Shown here: positions 12,131 to 23,200 of the stretch, piece after piece | Numbering within the stretch: the first letter of the stretch is position 1 | Layout: each line of letters begins with the position of its first letter | Assembly: GCA_040954595.2 (NCBI GenBank) | Contig: CM082581.2 | Span: 13,155,921-13,219,920, forward strand | Direction: 5' to 3' | Source of the DNA: Balanoglossus misakiensis | Taxonomy: Eukaryota > Animalia > Hemichordata | Length of the DNA stretch: 64,000 nt | Made by a program: the position numbers and the translations under genes | The notes under the pieces: generated by a model | Told to the model about the DNA's origin: nothing | Database searches by the model: none | Seen by the model: only the letters and a program-made list of their open reading frames with translations

Positions 12131-14489
12131 ATGGCTAAGTTTCATGACCTCAACCTACCTTCTGATGGTCATGCTTTGAAAAAGTCATTGAAGACTCTAA
12201 TAGAATGTAAGTTAGGATTTATTCGTGCTGTGACAATTTGGGGAAACAGCATACGTGGGCCTGGGAGATCACACGACGGTAACAACAGCACGCACGGTCC
12301 CTTGTGGTGCATGCTGGGTATTTATTTTGTTACCTTTCTTGCACAATTTTTGGGCCTTAAGCAAAATAATATTTAAATGTCAGTTTTGGACAGGGGATCG
12401 GTATTACAGACAAAGTAAAACTAGAAAATTGAAATCTCCAAATTTTACATAGCTAGCATTGTTGATTTTTTACTAGGTTCACCACTTTATTTATTTATTT
12501 TGATAACTGGATTTTTGATGTTCTCAAAAATATTGACAAAATTCCATCTTTCAATTTGGTTATTCAGTAGGATATGAAGTAGCTGCTTTGAATTACACAG
12601 TCACATCATTGGATAAGAAGACCCAGGTAAAACATTACTTTGAAAATCACAGCTTTACGTAGGCAGTGAGGTCATCTTGCAGTCAATATGGCATTATGTT
12701 TTAAGAAAAACTTTGATAAGCTGCAACTCTGTTGTTTGTTATGTAAAATAGGCATAAACCAGATCTTTTCTTTCTTTCTTTCAGGTTCCAAAGGCGCCAC
12801 CTCCCATAAAACTAGATGAAGAAACACTGTCACCTCTGAAAGTAGGTTCATCAGGGTAGCAGGCAGCACAGAGATATGTTTTACTCTGCATATATTTTTT
12901 TGATTTGACAATATCTCGTGTTTCTGTACATCAAAGCACCAATTGACATGTGCATATTTTCTTTTGGCAGGTGAAAGCAAAGAAGTTCAAACAACTGTCC
13001 CGGTTAACTGTTGTACTTAAAGACACACAGACATACAGGCTGGTAAGAGTCAACGCCATATTCGATTTTGATCAGAAACCCCCAACAAAAAATGCTGCTC
13101 AGAGAATAAATTTACTTGTCTCGATACTTTTTATAGAAACTATACTGCATGACTCGTTATTCTATGTTCTTATATTCATTCCATCTTCATACCAAAGTAA
13201 CTCTTCCATTACAGAATTCAGAGCAAGTTCAGTCATACGACATTTTAGCTGTTCAACCAGAATCAGAAAAAGTATTTCAGCTAGCATGTACCCAGCTGGA
13301 AATTGACATTGTGACTTTGAACATGGCGGAAAGGTTACCATTTTATGTCAAGATACACCCAGTCAAAGCTGTGAGTATAACTTTTGATGACTTCTAATAA
13401 CAGCCATTGGAGGAGTGACATGATGGCATGATTGGTGCAAACAAATACATGTTGAAATAAAACACACTGCATCATCTTGTTGTTTGTTTTCTTTCTTGTC
13501 AGGCTATAGAGAGAGGAGTGTACTTTGAGATCAACTACGCACCAGCAGTCAGAGACTCCACTGCCAGAAGAAACATCATCTCAAATGCACTATCACTGAT
13601 GTCCACATGCAAAGGGAAAAATATCATTTTTTCCAGTGAGGCTGAAAGTGTAAGTGTTTCTCTGCTTTTTGCATTTCACAAACATGTCATTGTGTTATCT
13701 ATGATCTTCACCATAATGCTGATTTCTTTTATTTTTCTGACAGGTAATGGAACTGCGTGGACCATACGATGTGGCTAATCTGTATCCTTTGCTCTGATTT
13801 ATATCACATATATCTCCTACATTCGTTTAAAAAAAATACCAAACCATTTCACTATGGCCTTCTGAGCCTCCCACTGTGTGGTTAGTGATTGCATTTTTTT
13901 CACTGCTGTTTGGTATTGCACTATTTTACACATTTTCCTGCTAGTTCACTTATTGGTTCTATGTGAAATACTCAGCTGAATTTCCCTAACTATCATTACC
14001 AGAGGATTTCTGTTTGGTATGAATGAAGCCCAGGCCAAAGATGCTGTTTCCATGAACTGTCGATCAGTACTCTTGCATGCAGGTATCAGTCATTGTGTCT
14101 TCCTACTCACTCTCATATCTTAACAACTCAAAAACAGTCATGAAGTAAAATCTGTTGTCTATCCATGAGCATATTCCAATCGAATTGAGAGCAGCTATAT
14201 GCAGGAATAATTCATTGACAGGTTGTGACATTTTTTTTCAGAAACAAGGAGAAACACTGCCAAATCAGTAGTTTCGGTCTGTCAGGCCGCGGAATTAAGT
14301 GAAAAGGATAGATGGAAAGTGAGGGAATCTCAAGCTGCGAATGTGTTGATCACGGAACCGGAGGAAAATGATGATGCAGAGAGTAGTGATGATGACAGTG
14401 ACGATGACAGTGAAGAGTCCGAGGAGGAAGACAGTGATGACGGAATTGATTCACATAAGAAAAGCAAGAAGCAGAAACTTACAAAGTGA
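12131..14489 (+). CDS. RPP30: Ribonuclease P/MRP protein subunit p30 (9 coding exons)
   Basis: Spliced translation MAKFHDLNL...LGYEVAALN...LSRLTVV...YDILAVQP...AIERGVYFEINYAP...GKNIIFSSEA...ELRGPYDVANLGFLFGM...AVSMNCRSVLLHA matches the RPP30 family. Acidic tail ends in basic KKSKKQK; TGA 14487-14489; AATAAA at ~14519. Confidence 0.95.
13782..14002 (+). other. U12-type (minor spliceosome) GT-AG intron in RPP30
   Basis: 5' site GTATCCTTTG; branch TTTCCCTAAC at 13981-13990 close to the AG; no polypyrimidine tract; removal restores DVANL|GFLFG. Confidence 0.92.
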
Positions 14490-14942
14490 TCAACTGCCAT
14501 CATTTTAGGTTTTTTGAAAATAAAAAGTTCTCTTGTTACATTGATGGCCCGTTGTCATTTTTGGACATCTCATGGTAGAACCAGAAGGATTTAAACAAAG
14601 TGCTCCTTCAAATCTTCAAACTTTTATATTAATTTAAACTTTAATCACGGTTTTTATTTCAGTCAGCAAAAAAATAACTTATATAAACAAAACTAAAGAT
14701 TGTAATGTTTTCCTTCTGAGAGACACACAATGGTAAAACAACCCTGAAATCAGAAACACACAAATGTGCGAGTACCAGTATTGCTTAACACTTTCAAAAT
14801 AGAATTTGAAAGTTGTGTTCCAATGCAAACAGACTTCATTCATTGTTAATAAATGCATTGTTACTGAAGTAAATGGTTAGTGTAGATCTCCACAAAATTA
14901 TTTTGGTCCCATTAAATTTTTGTCACAGTGGGTGCTATAACT

Positions 14943-17900
14943 TCAGGACTTCTCATGTAGTTTCATCTGGGTGGCGATCGTTGCCAGGAGACCAAGATGA
15001 TCTGATGCTGCCGCATGTCTTCTTTTGCCATCATCCAGAAGAGAGATGTTGTGAAGTTTGAAATTGTCAGGGAGCCTCACAAAGATGTAGTCAATCTGCA
15101 AGCAAGGTTATAAACATAACAACAAAGTCAATAAACAACAGCTCATTTGCAATTGAGAAAAGGAAAGAAAAATCCTGTTCAATGAAGAAGTTGTCAGAAA
15201 TATGGCTCCTACCCTTGACTCGAGATGCCTGTTCAGTGTACTAAACGTCAGTCCATGGTCCCTTGCTTCGTTCCTTGCATATGATCTGTCGTTACCAGGT
15301 CTGTTGGGAGAAATTATACAAGTAAAAATTTGAAAACTACAGAAGTGACTTATTGCAGTGTAGTTTTGCTTTAAAGCCTAATATTTGAAACACGTGTTGT
15401 CAAAGGGGTCATAATTAACCTGGGTTCTGGATGGAATCTTGTCCAAGCATCATGTAAGCCTTTTGTCTGCACTCCATTGATCATGGCTCTACCCAATAGG
15501 AATCTGTAGAAACAAAAATATCAATACTTTTTTTATTATCGTGCCAGGAAAACGCAAACTACCATGTAAATCTAATTTTATTTTTTTTGCACACTGTAGT
15601 TTGAGCTGGGGAAGTTGGAACAACCAAAACTTACTTGATGGCCTTGGAATGTGGTTCAGCATTCAGATCACCCATCAAGAGAGCCAGTCCTGAGAATCGC
15701 TGCATGTATTCCCATAATGCGAGTACAGACTTCTCCCGTGCCTCTTCACTCAGTGACAGATGGGTAACAAAGATGTGAATCTGTTGGGAAGATAAATATG
15801 GGTCAGCTAACTAAACCAGAAAAACAAAAAATCTATAGCAAATTATAAGTTGTGTATGAAATAAAGTCTTACCCTTCCAAAAACAGGAATTTCCACTTCA
15901 GCATGCAGGCAAATTCTCTGATGAAAATCATCTGGGTCTGATGAATTCCTGAGAAGAAAAATGTCATCAAAACAATAGTATTCCCAGTATGAACAACATG
16001 GTCTATCAAACTGCTATATATTTCTTTATCAAAAATTGTCACTCTATGGTGTGCACACAAAACAATTTACAATTGTAGAAAATAGACAGACATTTTTCAA
16101 GATAACCACAGAATAGTATTATTACCTTGGCAACAGGATAAAATCATGAGATACTATTGGAAATCTTGAGAATATGGCCAACCCTTCTTCAACTCTGCCG
16201 AACGTATTTTCCAAGTATGTCATGGCTGGCTGATAAATAAACTGTCCAAAACAAACAAACAAATTTGATGAGAAAAACAACATGTGCATATAACGTTTGA
16301 AATATCACTATTATTGGTAACCGACGGATGTGAAACTGACTTGATGCAGAAAATGGTTTCATGGAATTAATTACTACATACCTGATGATATGGCAGAGCC
16401 AAAGCAAGGTGATGTAACTGACAGGGGCCTAACTGACCACCTTTATCCAGTGCAAATCGAACCTCTTGAAGTGCCACTATGTCAGCATTACTTTTGGATA
16501 AAATCTTTGAATGGGAAAGAAGAGATACTCTCATTGTTAAAGTAATATATTGTTGTTGACACTATGACTAGTAGTACACATCTTTGTGTCACACTCAGCA
16601 GAAAGTAGTAAAATCCACGCTGATAGATTCAACCAAACTTGGTAGTGAAATACGTGCAACATCAAGCAGAAATGTCAAAAAGCTTCTCCAAAACTTTCAA
16701 GAGCACCGCTTTTTCTCAAAGAATATTGCCTTACCTCCCCAAGTTGAATAATTCTTCTCTCGTATGCCTTTTCCCCTTCCACAACACTGTTAAAGTTCCA
16801 TATATTATAAGACCCAATGTCCACATAATACTCCTGAGCAACTTCAGAAAGCCGTTTACTCTTCATTTCAAACTGTCTGACCAATTCTAGAGTTCGTACA
16901 TCACTTGGTAAGCTCCATAAAGCCTCTCTTGATGCCATACAATCTAATTGGTTAGTCCTGGTCACATGGCTAGCCGTGTTAGATTCTGATTGGCTTGTTA
17001 CAGTCACATGATCTGTAGTCTCTGTTTGGCCAGACACATCCTGGCTCACAGCATTTCTCTTGCAATATTCCACTGCTTTGTTTCCTTGTGATGAAAGCTC
17101 AGGGAAGTGAAAAGTGTGCTGGTAAATGTAAGAATTTCTTGCTTTGTCCTGTGTGATTAAAAACTGGTGACGATAGCTGTTTGGAATGGCTGGCCAGGCT
17201 AACGTGAAGCTGAACATCAGGCCCATGATAACCTGTCGACTTTGATGTTGCTTTTTACCACCTTCCATGATGATGACTTCATAATGAAAAGGTGTCACAC
17301 CGTCTACTGTGTACTGTAATTTCTACATTGACATAGAAAAGGGAAGGATGTGAATTTCAGGGATATGATCATACAAGTTGATAATGACTTGAAATTTTGC
17401 CTGAACTCAATATTTTCATTGTGTACAAATTTGTCATATGGAATTGAATTTTGCCTTTTCACTAAGTTCAACTGCCTATAACTCTTACTTACCAACTTTT
17501 TGGGATGAAGTACTTGAGGTCTCACGATTTCCCCCTTGTCATTCTTTGGGAGTTTGTCCCCATGTTTTGTGCTGGTATAGTCCAAAGCAAGCTGTTGAGT
17601 GGACAAAGAAAATTACTGCTAAGATCTGAAATGTCAAAATACATGTAGATTGTAGTGGTTACTGCAGATTCAATAATGAAATGCCACTTCAGATTGATTC
17701 GACATGAAAAGTCTGAATTCTGTTTTCTTGCCAACGCTGACATGTTTCCACGTTTCGTTTATTGACTTGTAGTGAGAAATAATTGTGAATACCTCCACAG
17801 CACTTTGGACGTCTGTATCATTGGATTTTACATTCTTGTTGAATTCTTTCAGGATTCCTCCGTAGAGTATATTTGGACTTGTTTGGCCCTCAGTGCTGCT

Positions 17901-18459
17901 AGTGGTACTCTCCCCTGCAGAATGTTACAACAGAATGTGTACAATTTTTATGTTTGCAGAATTGTGTGCTTCCCTGAAAATTTCAATCTGAAAATAACAA
18001 GGACGTCTATTTCAGTATTTGATAACTAAAATTAAAGTTTATCATTTCAGAATATCAATATCGATTATCTTCGTCTGTTTACAGTTCTTTGACACGTATT
18101 ACTTCCGTTTGCATTGATGTACGATTTCATGTAAGATAACGTACATGTACATTACATGATACAGACTAAAACTTCTACTTTTACCGCGACGGTTATGTAC
18201 ATCGATCCCGGTGATCGCCATACACAGGCCTGTGGTTGCATAGTCTGAGCCGGCCCAGCTATACACTATACTTACATATGTATGCATGTACTCTACACTA
18301 GGGCACGTACATCATACAGAGACCAGTGAAGTACTGAACAAGCAGGACGCTGTACACGAAACAGTCGGTGAAAGAGGATTGTACCAGTCTTTGCAAGGAC
18401 GTTTTTTTCTTACCTACATTCTCCTCTTCGGGTCTGGATTTGGCGGACGAAGTTGCCAT
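14943..18459 (-). CDS. Endonuclease/exonuclease/phosphatase (EEP, DNase I-like fold) family protein with an N-terminal cystatin-like segment; 10 exons
   Basis: Exons 18414-18459, 17793-17914, 17493-17591, 16735-17232, ~16382-16504, ~16126-16241, ~15873-15948, ~15635-15781, ~15420-15503, ~15213-15300 and the terminal exon to TGA at 14945-14943 splice in frame. EEP motifs SYNIW, DIVALQEV, GLAIFSRFPI, VTHL, MGDLNA, LHDAW, RIDYIF and ASDH are all present. The first exon is the least certain. Confidence 0.88.
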
Positions 18460-18833
18460 TAAAATGGAAAATGAGCAAAGTATAACAAATTGAGACATTT
18501 CGTACGGACAATGCGGCGAACCTCTCCTGTCAACGCATTTCCGCCATCTTCGCAAAGTGCAGTGACACGTCACATTGGACGCCAGAGGGCGCACAACTCA
18601 ATCTTGAAACCGACATGGTGAAATGGACATGGTGGTGTTTATCTTTCCAATAATTCTACTGTATTTTGCATCTACAGATAAAAATTTAAATAAAGTTGAC
18701 ATTACTATCCTACATGTACGAGTCAGTCACATTATAATTTATGTTAAGCCTGTTTTATTCACATTATTAACATAAAAATTAACCATCACTGATTGAAATG
18801 CTTCAGTAATTCACTTCTACTTTGCAATGATCA

Positions 18834-19978
18834 TCACACACGCCTTGCTCCTCTGTCTTCAGTGATCTTGGGATCTTTCAAGAACATTGTTTCCTTATAA
18901 ATAACTGGCATGTACCCTGCAAAGATTAATAAAAACATTAATTGCAGTTTGTTTGACTGGTCATCAGAGCAGCAAATACGAGTTGATGCAGGTTGTCATT
19001 CTTGATCTAGATGTCATTCTCAACTGCCTGTAGTAATTTGAAGTGATGTAAAAAATATATATACCCATTTTTCTTGATCTCTGGATATTCTTGATAATTT
19101 CTTCTTGTCTGTAAGAACACAATCCTGTTATGTGTCTCGGGTATATGTTTCCAGTTTGAGGCGATACAAACTGTGATAGCAGCCGTACATTCTGTGAAAG
19201 ACATTGCAAATAAACAAAATTAAGAGGACAAATACAAGGTATTAACCAACTGCAAAAAAACACACCAGAAAATAAACCTGAATTACCTTATAGTCAACTT
19301 CAATATTATGTTTACAAAGTAAGCATTTTTCTTTCTCAGGTCTGTAAGGGTCTTCCATGTGTGAGTATGGCTACAAAGAGAAAAGAAAATCACTGTGTGG
19401 AACTAAGAACATTTATTAGTGTTTGCTTATGGTTTAGATAAATCTAAATTAATATAATTCTTTTACGAAAATTTGTTGTGAAGGATACAGAAAATAAAGA
19501 TTCTGTATTGTGACAAAAGAAAACCGAACTTTCCATCTTTATACCATGTCTTTCCTGTTAGCTTCATCCACTATGGAGGCATCTGTCTTGTTAATTTCTG
19601 TAGCAGTTGTGTCTTGGGAAGAGATGGAATTATTTGTCCAACTGGTACAGAAGAATGCTGTGTAAGACACAAACATATAAACATCTGAGTAAAATTTGGT
19701 TAGCTGTATGAAATACACTATATACTCTTCTATGTTATAAGCCACATGAAAACACACTAGTGTGGTTTACATATGCACGTGTGTGTATGTAAGTGTGTGT
19801 ACTGTATGATTGAATCACGCCCCTCCCCCTCCAATGTTAGATTCCTACATTTACCTGTGTATCCTGTTCTTGATAATCGTTGCACATTTTGTGGCGTTCT
19901 TATTTTTTGTAATCGGAAAAACTGTCCAATTGCTGGAGAAATACGGACCACAGCAGTCCTAAGCACGCAAGACGACAT
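18834..19978 (-). CDS. MRPS18C: Mitochondrial small ribosomal subunit protein bS18c (5 exons)
   Basis: Arg-rich transit peptide [14 protein letters not shown]; conserved core EDPY...[38 protein letters not shown]...[18 protein letters not shown]. Confidence 0.93.
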
Positions 19979-20243
19979 TTTGTCTGCATACTCCCTAGGA
20001 AATGTAAGAAAATCATTTTATTCGTTTGTTTTCAAGAGTGTTTGTTGTATTTTCATAAAAAGAGGGAAATGACCATATAAGATAACTGTAGTATTCTTCG
20101 TTCACTGCTGATACTTTGAGAAAAACAAACGCCTATGCTGACAACACATTACATTTTATCCTCTGCATGCAAAATCACAAGTGATTTACATTGTGAACTT
20201 AGGAGGTCTGGGAAAAGGTCAACTTAAGGCCAAATTCTTCAAA
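19979..20243. promoter_or_regulatory. Head-to-head promoter region MRPS18C(-)/ELMOD3(+)
   Basis: Divergent ATGs only ~265 bp apart; YY1-like CAAAATGGCGG overlaps the ELMOD3 start at 20240-20250. Confidence 0.6.
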
Positions 20244-23200
20244 ATGGCGGTGGATACGAGGTAAGGATTTTGTATTGTTTCTTACTGGAAAAAAATAGCA
20301 AATTTGTCGGCATATGCCAGTTTAGATCAAAGGCTTGTCTTTAAGAGCTGTGGTTGCAGCTGTGCAACAATGCACGGAATGTAAATTCGTTCGCCATTTT
20401 GGTATAGAATTCCCCTATCAACAGCTGGAGTTGAGCTCGGAGTCGGAAGCCCCTGTTGGTCGTCAAGACCCATCATTGCTTTGTATAAAAATCGTATAAA
20501 ATACGATACGTTCTATTAATGAGCCAAATTGCAAAACGCTAGCTTCGCCTTTTTACAATGTGTCTGGCAAGATATTTAATTTGGTCCAGGGGCTGCATAT
20601 ATGTGAATCAGTGAGTGTGATGTGCCCATGATGAAGAATACAATGTACATCCCTTGAAATTGACAGTTCGCACCTGCACTACATAATGTCGGTCAGCCTA
20701 GTTGTGATTGGCTGAAAGATCCAACACCTGTTGACAATATTAAATCACTCGCATGATTATTGTGAATTTGTGACCTTAAACCAGATAATCTTATAAAGAA
20801 TAAATCCGTGAGTGCATTTGTAAAGAAGCGAATAGTGACCCAAATTTTCCCAGGTCGTAATAATATAATTACTCTTCTCAGTTACATTGAATCAATTACA
20901 CCATGGATGCAGTGAAATTATTTCAGTTATGCGTTTGTTTGTTTGTTTTTACAAATACGTATCTATCTTCCAGTCAGTTGATTTTTCTCATCATTCTAAT
21001 ATATTCTCAACTTTTAACAGTAGGACCCCTTTTCATGATAGCTTCAATGTCAGAATCCCATTTTAATTTAATTAAGTGCATTTTGAGCATGTAGTTTGCA
21101 GCTGGAATGTAATTAATAAATGAAAAGGGATAAGTCTGAATGCCTGCCATAGCATTAGTTTGCTTATTACGTGACGCAGCCAGTATTTTCTGTATCTGCT
21201 GTGAACAGTTCAGGTAGAACACATCCGTTTCTGTTGTCAGCAATTTTTGGTTGTAAGGCTTCTTCAATCTAGGAATGTTTCAGGACTCTAGCTGATTTCC
21301 CTACTGATTTTTGTAAACAAGGCACAGTAGGATACCTATGTCTGCTCTTGTGTTTTACAGAAAAGAGAAAGACGGAAAGTAAACTGTTCAATTTCTGACA
21401 TTTTGAGAGATGACATTTGTGAAAATAAATATGCCAAAGTCCTCAAGAATGTTATTTTTCACTGAGTACATATGATTTTCTTGTAATACGCAATGACAGA
21501 TTTACATGAACTTTGCTATATATCAGCATAATCCATTCACCTACTTTCTACTACTGTGGGGTCATATTCTGAATAGACTTGTAAGACATCATGATAAGAG
21601 ATTAGTGTATGGCTAGCACAATTGGTCAAAGGAAAAATACCTTGGCATGTTTGCCATCTTCAAGAGATTGGTTTCTCACAGTGACAACCTGAGGATTGAG
21701 TACCACAGCTTTATAAACCCTTACTTCATCTTCATTGAATTTCAGCTCGGCTGTGGATGATGAGTTTGATTTGGTGTTTGATGATATTGGATGTTTGAGT
21801 GAGCAGACTCCAACGAGAAATGGGACCAGCCATGGTGATACCGTGGCTGTACAAACAAGGAACAAATACATGATCTCAGAAGATCAGTTGCTCCAGGTAC
21901 ACGCACAGTTTTTGCTTATTTAGCAATCTTAATAACTGACAAGATAAATGTGTACATGTCACAGATATATCGACAGGTGACATCTTTGTCCCAGTATTGA
22001 GAATTCTGACTTTTGTCTTTCTTCGGATTTTGTAAATCCAGGACGTACAGACCGACAGTGGTGGTGGAACGTTGGAGAGAATGCTGGCGTATCAAGCAGT
22101 CACCACAACCACCAACAACTCTGAGTGCAGCACACAAGAAATAAGTGTCTCTGCATCAAAATACGAAGTCACCAATAAAACACAGGTAAGTTGTTTGTTT
22201 TGACCCCAGTGAGCAGTAAAGTTGGGCCTAACTTTTTTGTGTCTAAATTTCCTATGGTATTGTATTATTCTATTGACCTCTGCATTGAATTTCATTTGGC
22301 TGAGCTTGCTTCATGAAAATGACCATAGTAGAAATGGGTCAAGTTTCTAGCAATTCCCTATGTCATCCTATGGGAAGAGACAAATTCCATGTGCGTTCGT
22401 AGTGCACATACATCCTTCAGATAGTAGGCAGTAATACTCAATTGTAGATCCCTGGATGGGCTGATACCATACATACATCCTTGCTGGAAACCAAATCCAT
22501 GAAACCTGAGAGTGAGTCATCAAATGTGACCTGCATGTAAAATGTAAAACGACCCCAGCTCCCTATTTACATTTACAAATCCTTTAGGATTAAAATCTTT
22601 ATACATGTACATGTTCCCTGTAGTTGGGAAATGTCTTGTGTCATTTTATAACAACAAAAATTGTGTCATATAAGTTGCACCATGCTTAATCTAACCACAA
22701 AGCCATCCGTCTATCAACTGATGTACTTTGCCAGGATGTCTTTCATATGAGAATTTTATGGACACTAAATGTGTAATTTTATATACTGAGGCAGTATTGC
22801 AGGAACAGTGAACTCAGTATGCCTTGATGGCAATCTGCTGTGCTTGATTTCCCAAACATCCGCTCACCCAGACTGCACACAGCGCCTGGTGTGTGCCATG
22901 TGTTTGCCGTCTCAGCTCAACACACACACATCTTCTTCAGAGGAACCTTAGTCTAGTATCTAGCCGTATTTTGACTGACATGACTGACTGACATATTTCT
23001 GACAGGTATCATCCGAACAAGAGTTCCATCTGCCTGAACCAAAGACGCAAGCACCAGAAATTGAACAACAACAACAACAACAGAGTTTTTTTGTTGAGAC
23101 AAACAATAGACAAGTGTCTGAAAATTCTTCAACACAGCAGGACCAGTCAGTTGAGGTAAACAATTGGGCTACTGTACATGTACTTTGTAGGAATGTGAAT

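Noticed and set aside
19478-19490. U12-like donor GTATCCTTC on the minus strand in an MRPS18C intron
   Set aside because: It lies mid-intron after an in-frame stop; a normal GT donor already gives the correct protein.
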